From positions 186,001 through 250,000 of the forward strand of contig JAYWIR010000062.1 in NCBI GenBank assembly GCA_036172245.1: a stretch of DNA of 64,000 nt. The letters run 5' to 3'. Positions 36,901 through 49,869 of the stretch are shown in pieces. The notes under the pieces are model-generated. The model did no database searches. It saw only the letters and a list, made by a program, of their open reading frames with translations, and had not been told where the DNA came from. The DNA comes from Raillietiella orientalis (taxonomy: Eukaryota). The translations under genes and the position numbers were made by a program. Within the stretch, counting starts at the first letter, position 1. Each line of letters opens with the position of its first letter.

Positions 36901-39900
36901 TTGCCGCGTCGTCCGGATGAGCCGTTCCCGCAGCAACGGACGACCGAAGAAGAGCGCGGGAAGAGCTCCGAATGTGCGCGGGGGGGGGGGGGGGCGACGG
37001 CAAACGGAATCTGAGGCTGAAGCGGCGGACGGCCCGAGAGAGCGCAACGGGACGGACGTGCCCCGGCGACGCTTCCCCGGGGTTCGGTCCAGGACCGGAA
37101 CTCTGAGCACAGGGTTGCCAACGGCTCGGAAGTCGCCTCGACGCGAGGCGGGGGCAGTGCGCCTTCGTTCGCCCGGAGGGCCGGACGCGGCGCTCGGAGG
37201 GGAGAAGCCGATGGAGCGCGGCTCTTCCTCCCCTGGTCTCGCGACGGAGGCGGCGGCGTTGCTATCGCGACGACTCTGCGGAGGCACCCGCCCTTCCCAC
37301 AGGGTGCCTCTCTCCCCGCCTAGGCGGGAGCGGGGCCACCGCTGCCGGCCGGCCCGCTGACCGTCCGCCGCGCAGCGATCCGGCGTTCCCGTGCTCGCGC
37401 CTCCCGACTTTGTCCGGGAGGGCGGGGAAGCAGATGACAGTCCTTCCTGGATGCAGCCGTCGCTCCTTCCCTCATCTTCCCATGTGCGCCGATCGACCTC
37501 CCGGGAGACGGTGGCTCCGCCGACGGGTGGCCGCGTTGGCTTCCCGGAATCCGCTGCCAAAGAGAAACGCCGGCTGTCCCGGCCCGCGGCAGTGGTCGCA
37601 CCCCCTTGCAGAGAAGGTTGGAGGCGAGGGGGGGTAGGGGGCAAGCGGAGGAAAAAGTCCAGAGGGCGCGTGGCGCGCCTGGTGCCGGCCAGCACCGCGC
37701 GCCTGTCCACAAGGAGGAGGAGGCGATTCCGGAGCACAGCGCGGGAAGGGAGCGAAAGGTGGGGGAGGGGCTGCCGGCGACGCCCTCCCCCCTTTGCGTA
37801 CCCTCGTTGGTCGCTTCCGAGGGGCCCCGAGGCACCGGCCGGCCCTGCGCGGGCGGCTGCCTCCGAGCTCGCCCACTCGCCGGAGCGTCGCCTCTAGCCC
37901 GCGGCGGGCGGACCCCCAGCGGGCGGAAGTGGTGCGACGTCCTCCCGGCGTGCGTGCCCGCTGCGCCTCCGCCGCGGGTCGCCCGCCTCGGGCGCCCGGG
38001 AGGCGCGCGCGCGCGCGGGGAGCAAGCGAGCGAAGGGTCGCTCTCCCGCGCGATCGCCCGTCCGTGACGCGCCCGCGGAAATCGTGGGGGCGACCCCGAT
38101 GCGGGTGGGACCGCCTGCCCACCACCTTCCTTCTACCCGGAGAGCGGCGTTTGACGGATCCCTCTCCCTACTGTTCCGTTGCCAAGGTTACGGCGCGTTT
38201 CGCCTCTTTTTTTTTTTTTTTTGCTGCTTTCCGCCGCCGCCGCCGCCGCCGCCGCCGCTGCTGCTGCTGCCAAGGTCGGGTTGCTTTTGCTCTCCCCCCC
38301 CCCCTCCCCCCTTCTACGTCGACGTGGCCGCTGGCATCCGGCGCGTCGCCGGCGAGAGGACCGCGCGAGGCCGCCCCGTCCAGGGGTAAATCCTCTCCGC
38401 GGATGCCAGGGAAAGAATGCGGGGTGGACACGTCACGGGAACCGCAGGGCAGCAGCTTTCACTTTCTCCGCGAGCGGCCGGCGCGCCCGCCATCCCGCGG
38501 GGGCGCCGGCAACAGCGCGCCGGCCGGCGGCTCCCGGTGAAGCTGCGCGCAAGGCGACAGCGCGAGGTGCGTCCGGCGGCGGCGCGCATGCGCGGTGACG
38601 TCAAGGTGTTGCTGCTGCTCGCCGCCGCGTCCTCCTCGCCATCGCCGTCGTGATCTCCAGCCGGCGCTGCCGCCAGATCGCCCGGAGCGGCGGCGGCCGC
38701 GGCGGATCCCCCCCCCCCCCTTTCCCGCTCTCGGCACGTCCAGCGCCCGCCAGCCCTCCCGGAAGAAGTCCCCTTCTTGCGAGGGAGAGCCCGCGGATCC
38801 TGGCGGGAGGAGGACACGTGCAGCGCCGACACCTCCCGGCCCTCCGACTCGTCGATGTGGACGGAGGAGACGGTCGCCGCGACGGTCCAGTTGCCCTCGA
38901 GGTTGCGCGGCTCGCGGACCACCATGCTAAGGGGTGCAGCAGCGAGGCCGGGGACGAAGGGGGTAGCCGTCCCCTCCCGGAGACCACCCCCCCGGCAACG
39001 GACGGGGTTCTCCGTCCGGGATGGTCGCGCACCGGTCTCCAGGTAGTGGTTGGAGTGGATCGTCCGGCGGCGCGCGGACGGCGGGGGCGAGGAGGAGGAG
39101 GGAAGCGGAAAGCGGAAAAGAAAAAAAGAGAGAGAGAGAGAGAGAGAGAAACGCCATCCATCCCTATGAGCGCCCTCGGGCTTGCTTTCGCGGCGAAGCC
39201 GGTCTTGGGGATGCGTCCACCCGGAGCGGTGGCCCCTCTCTTCCCCGGCTGGCAGGGGTTGCCCGGCAACCACCGCCTCCCCGCGAGCGACTGCGGAAGT
39301 CGGATTTCCAGCGGTTCCACGGAGCATGCGGGAAGCTCGTGCCGCGTGACGTCATCCCCGAAATTAGCAGTAAATGATACATAAATGACGGTGCGCCCGA
39401 TGACTGCGGAGGCTTCAAGCAGCTGCTCGTCATCGTGCGGCGGGAGGGCGGCTGCTGAACCCGTTCCAAAACGTTCAGCCCGAGCCGCGCGGCCCCGCGC
39501 GATCGCTAAAAACGGCGCGCCACGGTTGCCACCCTCCGCCCGGCGTTCCCAAGGACACCGCGATCCGCCCGCCTGATAACGGGCAAGTACCGAATCTGAA
39601 TCCGTAAATCACTCGGCCGTCGTTGGCTCCCCGGATGGGCACGGAAATTCGACTTCTCTGTCGGCGGAGCGAGCGAGGAGGGAGACGCAGGGAGAGCGCC
39701 AGCGAGCGTTTCCAACGAGGATGCTCCAAGAAGGGGGGAGCGCCGCGAGTGCTTGTGGTGAAGAAGCCCAAGGGAGAGCAGAAGGCGGGAATGGAAAGGA
39801 GGCCCGGGGAAGTGCGCTTGCTTGCACCCGTCGAAGTCAGCCTCCATCTTCACTTGGAGGGATATCAGGTTATCAGGAAATTTTATTAAAGTCTCGGGAA

Positions 39901-42129
39901 GAAGAGAATCCCGCCAGGTCTGTCGAAGTGCAGCAAATCTTCGGGAGGCGGTGAGCTTGGAGCGGCGACCGCGCTCGCTCGCGCGCGCCACCGCCGATCA
40001 GACGTCGAGACAGGGTTACCAGCTCCGATCCATTGTCCACGAAGGAGTCGTGTTCTGAAAAGATGCATGAGGGCATTTGCATGAGGGCTTCGGGAACGCA
40101 TCTCGCGGCATGGAGATGGCGCTCGCGGTCGCGCAGGGAGGAAGCAATCACGGCGGCGTCAGTGAACGCGTTCTTCCCGCCTTTCTTTTTCGAACGCCTC
40201 GTCGCACGGATGGCAAAAATGAAGTAAAAATGTAGACGGATGGCCAAATTTTTAAGGTGAAAAAAGAAAAAGGTGACCTCCCGCTGTATGAGCACCTTCG
40301 CGAATTATGGTGCGTGTACCTCCCAGAAATCACAGATTTACGTATGCTTTCTCAAAAAAAAAGACAGACACTGCAACTGCGCACACAACTCCGACATTTT
40401 CCACGCGCGCGCGCGCGCGTGTGTGTGAACAAACGAAGGCCTTTCTCCGTTCTATGTTCGTTTTAAATACTTTGCGTTTAGCCTTTGCTTGTTTGCAGAT
40501 GTTCCTGGAAATCGGATTGAACCGTCCCCAAGTAGGAAGAGGAGGAGAGAAGAGGCAGAGCAGTTTTCTCGTCCTTTAGAGGCATCGAAGGAAAACGAGA
40601 GATTTGCACATTTCGTGCATCCTTCCAGTCATCTCAGGAAGAGGGCCGCCCATTTTTCGCTTTCACGTTAACGGCGAACTTTCTCTGAACGCCGCCTGCC
40701 ACAGCTAATTGATCCCTTTCGATGGAAAGAAGTCGTTTCCTCCTGTTCTGCGCGCCAGGGGTCGGCGTTTATGCAAGATCGTCTCTTCGGGAAGACGCGT
40801 TCAGTCGATGCGTCTTCCATCGATGGACGCAGGTCAGCTGCGCGATGCTGGAAGGATTAGGGCGTCTTGCGATGAGGAAGTGCTCGGGTGCTGCTGGAGG
40901 AGGCACGCGATGGGGTCTCTCGAAGAGGGGACGAGCGGTGCTCCGGGGAGCCTCCAGTGCTCCGGAACCGTGGGCAACTGGACTCCGAGGCCCTCCAAGG
41001 CCGCCGCCGCCACCCTGTGGTCTTCCGCGAGGGGGTGGGAAAAGCACGTGCTCCAGATGCTTCCGCTCACAGAACTGGTCTCCTCGACGGCCTCTTCAAC
41101 GCCTGCAAGCGGTCTGGTGCTGGGAGGAAGGAAGGCCTGAAGACGGTCACGTCCGCGAACGGGGGTCGTTTTGCCGCTCCTGCTGCGGACCGAACCATTA
41201 AAGCTGCTGCGAGCTTCGTCGCCGAGGCGACAAAGACGCAGTAGTCGAGGAAGGAAAAAAAAAAAAAAACAGAAATGGATGAGTAGCAAAGATGGATGCT
41301 CGTTTCCGCTTCTCGCATCTCTTTGGAAGCGTCGCCTTTGGCTCACGCGGTTTTATGACCTACGAGTTCTTTCGATTCGATCTCGTAACTTCCGACATCA
41401 CGCCGCCGGCCTCGTCTCCGCACGTGAAGGTCAGCGAGCGGCACCACTTGAGAGTCGCTGCACGCAGGGCTTCAGCTGCTGCTGCTGCTGCTGCTGCGAG
41501 CCTCTGACGGGGCGCACTCCTTCAGGGCCGATCCGAGATCGGCGCTACTGCGCAGCCGTCTCCGAGACGCGCTCCTTGCGGGCGCGGGGGGGTATTCCTG
41601 TCGCCGCATCGGCGGCGGCCCCCACCCCAGCCTCCAGGTGTCCCGGGTTCCGGGATTCTTCGCGTGAGCATCCGCCTCTCGGACCCGCTGCGCGGCGTCC
41701 ACCGCCGCTCCTGCATCGGCGCCTGTGCCCTCCCACACCGGCTGCTTCTTTCTTTCTTTCTCCCACCGCCGCCGCTCTTCCGCATCTCCGCCAACAACCG
41801 CCGAGTAACGGCATCCTCGGAACGGACCTCCGGTTGCTGAGAAACCAACGCGTCCCTCTCTCACCATTCTGCCGGCGTGCGGTGGGAAGTCGGCCGGCCG
41901 CACGGCGGCGCTTCCGTCCGCAACGCTGCGCCGCCGCCTCCTCGACTTTCTCGTTCAGAGGAGGCCCTCCGGGGCCAAGGGCAAGAGCGTGCCCAGCCTC
42001 TTCCGGGAATGCACCCTGCTCCTCCAACGATCTGGCCGTGGAAATGGGTCCAGGGACGTCTATTTCTCGAGTCCGGGGTCTTCGGGGAGGTGTCGCCTCC
42101 GCCGGCAGCTTGCGGTAGGCCATCCCCGG

Positions 42130-42660
42130 TGGGGCCACGCATTAACACCGTCCATGCCACCCGGGGGCGCGTGTTGAGTCTTCAAATTACAGGGGGTACT
42201 CCCGGGGGGGGATCATCCTACTTAACCCAGGAATGGCTCCGGCCGTTCCTCTGACGCCTAGGGGGGGGGGGAGGGGATCCCAAAGGGAAAGCTCCCCATT
42301 CTCTTCCTTTCAGGAGGGACCCCCCGGGATGGGTCCGCTCCGAAGCTCCGAAGGAAGCAGCGCGCTTCTTTACCACACTCTGGAGAGGTGTCAGCCAGCT
42401 CCATGCTGCGAGATGGGGGAAGCCCCCTCGAGGGGGAGAGGCGGTTCCATTTTCCGAACCTTAGAGGGTTCCTTGATGTGCTGAAAGGACCCTTCCCCCG
42501 GAGGGTCGACTTTCCATCCGGGCCACTCGGCAGGGGCATGAGGCTGCTTCCGCCAGCGCTGCCGAACCCGAATAAGCCAGTCAGAGTCATCTTGCGGGGG
42601 GGACTCGAATCCCACGACACACACGGCGTTTTTGTGGCGTTGGTCCATCCTTCCCCGTCC
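42130..42660 (-). mobile_element. tRNA-derived SINE-like element, copy A
   Basis: Minus-strand B-box-like GGGATTCGAGTCC at 42613-42601. GCCAGTCAGAGTCATCTTGCGGG matches copies B and C, and 42190-42270 aligns with 49926-50000. Confidence 0.55.
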
Positions 42661-45600
42661 GGGGGAAGCTTGGCAACGGCAGGCATGGAGGCCCCCTAGC
42701 GAGCTCCGATTGAGGCGTCGCTGGCTCTGGGAAGGAGCGCGCCACCAGCACGCCACCGACGACGAACGGCACACGGATCCGGGCTAACAGGGAGTCGCCG
42801 GTGGCTCTCGCCGAGTCACGCGCCATCCGTCCTGACACGCTTGGCGGGGGCGTGACGTCCGCGGCGACTGCGCCAGCAACCGCAACGGACCGGGAAACTG
42901 GGGCTGGCGCTCCCCCGCCCTGACCCAGTTGTGTCGCCCTGAGGAATCTGCTGGCTGCCTCCTGACTTCCGGCACACGGCGAAGAAGAAGACGCAGCTAA
43001 AGGGAGGGGGGACGCCGTCCGGAGCGCCTCCCGCTCTCCAAGGGATCCTCGCAGGGAGGGTGCGGATGCTGGTTCTTCACGACGGATGGGCGGATACGTC
43101 GCTGCCTGCTGATGACCACAGCGCCTGTGCAGTGGCGGCTGAACGCGTCACGGCAGAAAGAAAGGCGCGCGTGTGCGCCGGACACACTGACCACTGTCCA
43201 AGGAAGAGGTGTCTCGACGTCCTTCGCGCTGGGTGCACCTGGACGCGTGCGTTTCCTTGGAGCCGACCTCTCCTTCCTGAGCTGGAAAGTCTGCTGCTTC
43301 GTCCCGGGGAGGAGGAGATCCGCGAGTGTGCCCGTGCGGGCGAGTTGATAGCTGGGAAGCTGCGTGGGGCCTGAAGCGTTTCATTCCTGAAGGAGGCCAA
43401 AGACAGTGTGTAGCGGGTCTGGACCAGAAGATGCGCACCCCCCTCTCTCCCCTCCCCAGTTCCTAGGGTCCACCAGGACCCCCGGCACAGACGACGCACG
43501 CATTCCCTGCCGGGAGTCCGCTTCTCCGCGGCTGGCGACGCCAATTCCTCGTTCCTTCCTCTCGCTCTTTGGGGTGTTTTCTGGTGTTCCAGCGCGCAAA
43601 GCGGCGCGTTCGCTCCCGCGGACGCGCCGCTCGTTCCCAGCTTTCACCTTTCGGTTGTTCGGCTGCTCCTGGCTCCCGGAGAACGCCCGCGCCATCCCTT
43701 CCTTCCCCCTCTTCGCGCCCTGCTTGCCGGAGAAGCCGCCGCCGTCTTCCGGCGCGCCGTAACCGGAGTCCCTAGAGTTCCTCGGGAGAGGACCGTGACT
43801 TCCCGACATCCCGCCAGGACTCTGGAGCACGTGGTTACGCCTCGAATGAGCAGGCTAAACGCACTCTCAGCCTCCGAGCAGTCGCAGATGCATGCATCTT
43901 CATGGGCCGGTTTCCCGGATTGCGTTTCCCGGACGCGCGACTCGACTTCTCCGCGATCGCGGCAGCGTTTCCAAGTGTTCACGGACTGTACACGACGTGC
44001 CGCACTTGGAAGGGCAGCAAGCGAAAAGTGTGAAGGGGGCGAAGGTCCCGTCGGCTCCTCCGGCAGGAACCGCGGCGCGCACGCCAACCTTTCAGTTCGT
44101 GGGGGGGCGTCCGAGCAGCGCATTCCGGGGCCTTTGCGGTCCCGATGGAGAGTGCGCATATTTTTTAAATGCGGGGAAAACTTTTGCGCTCGTCTTCCTT
44201 CCCTCTCTTTCTTTTTTGTATTAGAACTGTAAGCCGTGCGCACTCTCTTCTTGTCGCTCCTTTACGGCTGTTTTGCTCCCGGCACCGCGAAGCAAAACGC
44301 CAGCCGCGCTCTGCATGGGCCTGGGAGGAGAGCAGCCGAGCGGTGCTTTCGCGAAGGCAAGAAGTTGAAGGAACCCCCAGTAGATGACTCTGAACGAACC
44401 ATTTCTCAGGGGGGGGGGGAGGGAAAGGGGGGTGGGGTTACCGACTGGCTCCGCGATCGTTCGTTTCAAATACGTATTTGCGATTTCCGCGGCAAGGACG
44501 AGCAGATCAGCTGGAAACGCGGTGTCTTTCATTTCAGGATTCCAGTATCGATCTCCTGCTGCTGCTCTCCTACTGTGACTTCGTTTTGCATTAATCCTGG
44601 GTCATGTGCTTTTTGGAGACAGATCGGTAACCGGGACTTTTCTTCGCAAAGCCCGAGCTGCCCCAAAACAGCAAACGCCGTAATCTAATAAAATATCCAA
44701 AAGAGACCCAAAATTTGATCCCGGTAGGTACCACTTTCGTAGGTGATTTTAATATTCATTGGATTACAGTCGGTCGCATGACACTGCCAGGGGGCTGAAT
44801 GAATTCGCAAGTCAAAAAAGAAAAGGAAAGAAAAGCCGAGCTCTTGCGAGCCGAATCCGAGCTGTTGGTGAGGTCAGTCGGCACCTCACCAACAACTCGG
44901 ATTTCTCGCGTCTTCGTGAGTCGCGGCGAACGCGTCCGTCGACGGACATCCTGCCGAGGACGGAAGCGGCGGCGGCGGCGGCGGCTCCACAGCGCTTCGG
45001 CGGGACCTCCCGCCAGAAGCGGCGACATCCTCCGCGAGACGAGCGCCTTCGATCCGAACGGAGGGAGCGGGGCCGCCTGTTGGTGGCGCCTCATCCCGCA
45101 GAAGGAGGCGGCGCGCCTTCGCAACTGGCAAGAGCAGGAAGAGGAGGCCGTCGTCGCCTCTATTCCGAGGGTTCGCTCCCTCCCTCCCTCCCTCCCCCCT
45201 TCTTCCCGCGCGCAGGGAGGGTGCGCGTGTCCATTCGGGCCAGGTCCATTCATAAACCTGACCGCACCCCTTTGATCCCGATCTGCGGTCGTCCGCCGCC
45301 GTCGGAAAAAAGGTGGAGCCACCGCCGCGCCCTCCCTGGTCGGCGGCGGCTTGCGGCTAGGCGAACGAGCGCTCTGTTCCTGAATTTCGCGCGTGGGTGC
45401 GAAGGCGTGGGTGCGCCGGCGGAACGCGGGCGGGAGGTGGCGGCGTTGGAAAGACGGAAAGATCGGCTGCTGCGGCGCTCGTATCAAAGGGGGGTGGAGG
45501 CTGGCTGGTTGGTTGGTCCGTCGGGCGCGGCTGGCGAAGCCGCCTGGACGAGAGGGAAAAGAGGGGGGGTTGCGGCGCCTTCACGCTCCTGCCAGCCCGA

Positions 45601-46552
45601 GAAAGCCAGACGACGGGTGAGTCACGTCTTGGGCTCCCGGCTCCTCACAACAAGTGGTGCTGTTCGGCGATCCCGGTGTTTATTCTGCGGGTGGGAACCG
45701 GCCGCCTTCTCTCCCTCCCTTCCTTCTTCCTGATTTTACTTCCCGATCCTCGTGGTGATGCCCGCGATCTCTCCCGCCGCCATCACGCCTGGATGCGGAC
45801 GTTTTGCATCCGCCCCCACCCCACCTCACCCCTCGCAACCGGATCGCGCGAAAGAGTGCGACTCGACCGCGTCCTCCTCGCCAAGATGCTCCGCCGCCAC
45901 GGAGCGCCCCTCGGGAGTCAGGTGACGGTCGAACGGTGGCCCAGGACCGCCACAGCAGACGGTGGGGCGAGTCGGCCCGGATGGAACGCGGCGGGTGCCG
46001 CAAGGGGTGGAACGTTGGTGAGACTGCGACCTCCCAGGCGCCCACTCTTGGCCGGAGCGCTCTCATCCCCGTCGGGTTCATCTCGGTCGTTCTGGGAAAC
46101 GAGAAGGCTGCGGAACTCCTCCGTCCTTTCGCGAGGGCGCTCTGCGAAGCGGACGATCCCTGCCAGCAGTTCATCCCGCGGGCAGGGGATGGTTCCGCCG
46201 CTGCTGCAAATATCCAGGATGGCCTCACACGTCCGGCAGTGACGTCACAAGGAGGTCTGGCCGCTGGGCGGTCCATCTCCCTCCGAAGAGCCTCCACCAC
46301 CCTCGTCAGCTAAGAAGGAAGCTGAAAGGCTACAGAAAGCACACGGATTGCTGTCCCGCGAGATGGGCAAGCTGCCTCGAAGGCTTCGTGTTCTTCTGGA
46401 GAGTGAAGGAAACCCCTGATGACGGAGGATGCTTCTTCCCTCCCATCCCACCCCATGCGAGGGAGGACCCGCACGCCCCTCGCCCGTGATGTCTTCGGCG
46501 GGCGAGGGCGGTCGCGTTTTCGCGCAATCCGAATTGTGTGTCCCATTGCGCT

Positions 46553-47170
46553 GGATGCACGATGTGCGTGGACGTAGCGTAGGAGACCACGTGGCTACTG
46601 AAGTCTCCGCGCGTGGCTCCAACAGGCGTCGCGGGTTCGAGTTCCTCCCGCGAGATGACGCTGGTTGGCCTGTGGACTTAGGGTGCGGCACCGGTAGCTG
46701 TCCAAACCGGATGTCCCCGATGGGTGATCGGGGTTGGAAGTCGACCCTCCAGGGTCATTCCTGAAAACCAAATGAAAGGGTACCTTCGCGGTTCCCCTCC
46801 GGTTGTGCAAAGAAGCATGCCGCTCCCTTCGGGGAGCGACTTTCTCAGAAAATTGGGAAGTCTCCCTTCGAGGTTCTCTTCAGAGGGAGAAAAAAGGAGC
46901 GCGGTTCCCTTGCGGGTTCCCTCCGGAGAAGAAATGAGCAGTGGACCCTTCCGGGGGGTCTCTCCGGAGAGAATAAGGAAGAGGAGGTTCCCTTCGGAGG
47001 CAACCAGGGCGGAGGTTTCCCTTCAGGGACCCCTCTTCAGGTGTGAGAAGAACGGGACTCCCTTCTCCGGAGCGTTTCCTGGATTCACGGGATGTTCCCC
47101 TCCCCGGGGTGTCCCCCCTATCTTGAAGATGGGTGTGTCGTGGGCATTCCAGAAAAAAAAAAAAAAAAAA
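46553..47170 (+). mobile_element. tRNA-derived SINE-like element, copy B (B-box, subrepeat body, A-rich tail)
   Basis: B-box-like GGTTCGAGTTCC at 46634-46645. The body is the reverse complement of 49915-50520, sharing TCTTCAAGATAGGG, GAATCCAGGAA, CCCTGGTTG.CTCCGAAGG and CTCTGAAGAGAACC.CGAAGGGA. An A run lies at 47153-47170. Confidence 0.65.
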
Positions 47171-49869
47171 CTCGCCATAGAGATGGATCCCCCCCCCCTT
47201 CTTCTTCCGCTGAGCGCTCGGATCCAAACGGCACCTGGGTCTCATCCTCTCTCCCTGGAGCCGCCGTTTTCCTGCAGTTGTCCTTCGAGCTACTTGGTTG
47301 GGGAGGCGTCGATCGAAGGTGCCCCTTCAGCCTGGCTGGGATCGTTGCTCCCGTCGTGACCCAAGGCCTATTTTTTTTTTTGTTTTTATTTTTCCTGTCC
47401 AGGAGGAAGCGCGCATGTGGCTTTCGCGTGGGGTCTTTCGCCGGTGGGGAGTTGGAAACTTGCGGGAATCACCGTCAGGGTGCGCGGCGGTGGTCTCGGA
47501 TTTTCGCAAAGGCGCTCTGGAGCTGCCCCTGAAATGCGAGTGGGGGTAGGAGGGCGGACACCGCAGGATGGGCGTGACGACGGAAGTGTCGTCCTGCAGG
47601 AGTCCGCTACTGCGGACCCGCTGCTTGCAGAGTCGCTCGCGGGTACGCTCCCGGACGGACTTTTCTCCACGCTGTCGCCGCTGCAGCCTCTGCGGCTCCC
47701 CGTTCCAATTCTGCGCAATCCGGGACTTGCGGGATCCACGGGAATCCACCCGTCAGGTTTACCGGATGGCATCTGCGGCCCTCCCTCCCCAACCAGAAAG
47801 GGGAGAAAAAGAAGAGCGGGGAGGGAACATCCGGACGGGATAGCAGAGCAGCTCTTTCCCGCGGTGTTTGTTTGGCGAGCAGAGAGCGCATGCGCACGAA
47901 TTGCTCGTGCGCGCACACGCTGGCTCTGTTCCATCGGGAGCAACAGGGGCAGGGTCATCTTCCTAGACGCAGCAGCACGGGCTTGTCGGCGATGGGGGTT
48001 GGCTTCGGGACCCCGCCAGGACCTCGAAGGGTTTCTTCAAACATGCAAAGGTCGAAAGAGATGGTGGAAGAAGCGCGACGAAACGTAGCAGCGCAGGCTG
48101 AACCGCGCCATTACCAAGTCTGATTCCCTTCGGCCGGCTCGCATTCGTTGCCTGGCGCCGAAGTGAAAAGCTTCGATGAGTGCTGCAACGAAACTGGGAT
48201 TGGGGTAACGGGACAAACCTGCGTCACGACAGAACCTGTGGGGTTGTGGCCTCGTGTTCCTCCGGAGCGACTTTTTTTGTCAACGGCGCCATCTAGCTTT
48301 CGGCATCGAAACCCTTGTTTCCGGGAGGGGGCTTTGATGGAGCAACCGGGACGCGGCCGGAGCGCGCTTCCTGTAATTCGGGGGACTCTTGGCCGCATTC
48401 AAAGGACTGACCACGCTCCCGTGTTGCTTCCGGAGCCAAAGCCAGGATCAAGGCATCTCCTGGAATCCGGGCTGAGGTCCAGTAGGGAGAATTCTCTCCC
48501 CAAATCTGGGCCACCTTCCGGCTAACAGGGGCTCTTTCTTTTTGAGGAGGTGGAGTGGGTCGAGAAACGCGGAGACTGCGACCGTAGAGCGATGGCATCT
48601 CTTTACGTCTCACGGATATCGCCCGTAGCAACTACACGTTGGCTTTCAGCTCTGTGCACATGTACGTAGAAATTCCCCTCCCCTCTCCCCTACACGAGAA
48701 CACCGCATGATTTCCCTCCCCCCTGCCCCCTCCAAAAGCCGTCGTCGTCCACGGCTTTGCCCACGGGCTGCTGCTGAAGCTGCTGCTTTCTTCGTCGCGC
48801 CCGCTGGGCGCCTTCTGGTCGTGACCAATTTACCGCGATCTTCGCCGCCGTTCCCCGCGTGCGCGAATCCCCCTCTAGAGGGATGCGCGCGCGCTCTTGT
48901 TCGGGAATAATCTTGGGGAGCCCCCCGAAAGGACCGGACAAGCAGGGCAAAGGGGGTGCCGGCAGCGGGGTGGTTCCGCCTGCTGCTGCGCGGCGAGAAC
49001 AGGGGTCCGCCGGCAGCGCTGGTGGATGCCGTGCCGCGGATCCTCACCGAGTGGGGATTTGTCAGCTCAGCCTGCTCTTTACCCCTTCCCCACGACACCC
49101 CATCCCCCCAAAGACAAACACACCCTCATGTCGGTTTCATCACGTTCCCCCATTTCATTCGTCATCGTTGAAATGAAGTGGACGGTAGATGGGGTGATCC
49201 ATTCTCACTGTGAGTGGGAAGGCGGTCGCAGCCCTGGGGCTGTGCGACTGACGGCCTCTTCCGTTCTATGGCAACGCCCGGTTTTGCTTCCGGCCTCTCC
49301 GTTCCACCGCGTGTCCTGCGGCTGCTGGCTGAGGAAAGGCTGTGGGGTCGTCGCAGGGTCAGGGCCGGACGGCAGACCCATGGCGGCCCGCGTCAGCTTG
49401 CCTTCCGGCCTCTGGGCGCGCCGGTCCATGTGGAGGGCTCGCGAGCAACCTCCGCCGCCGCGCCCGCTTCCGCCTCGATGGCCGCTCCTTCCTTCGGTCA
49501 GCGATAGCTCGGCCACCGTTTTCCCGTTCCCCTGGCGTCGGTCAGCGGGTTGCGATGGCGACGTCTCCGGGCTCCAGACTTTCGCTCGTTGACCGCACCG
49601 GGTGCGGAGCGCCCCCCTCCGGGTGGAATTCGCGGCGATGGCGGTCCTTGGGGCGCGCTGTGCGGCTGCGGGTGGATCGTGGTGAGGGTTTTGTGGTCCA
49701 GCATGCCCTCTCAGCCACCCTTGAGGGTTCTCTAGCGCGTGAATGATGGAAATCCTTTGGGGTTCTTTGTCTTCGTTGTTTTTTCCTTGCAGCTTTTTTT
49801 TTTTCGGGTTTTTTTTTTTTGGTTCGCCAAGTACCTCAAGAGCCGGTCGCGCGCCTCGCGGAGCACGTG

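Noticed and set aside
40850..41150. RT-like peptides (LLDGLFNAC..SG on +, VPEHWR on -)
   Set aside because: The hints are on opposite strands, short, and lack neighbouring RT motifs.
46580..46660. Possible tRNA gene (GGTTCGA)
   Set aside because: No cloverleaf or oligo-T terminator is evident, and it continues into a repeat body shared with other copies, so it is better explained as a SINE head.
48285..48297. GGCGCCATCTAGC, a CTCF-like motif
   Set aside because: It lacks the terminal GG of the core motif and is a single partial match in GC-rich DNA.
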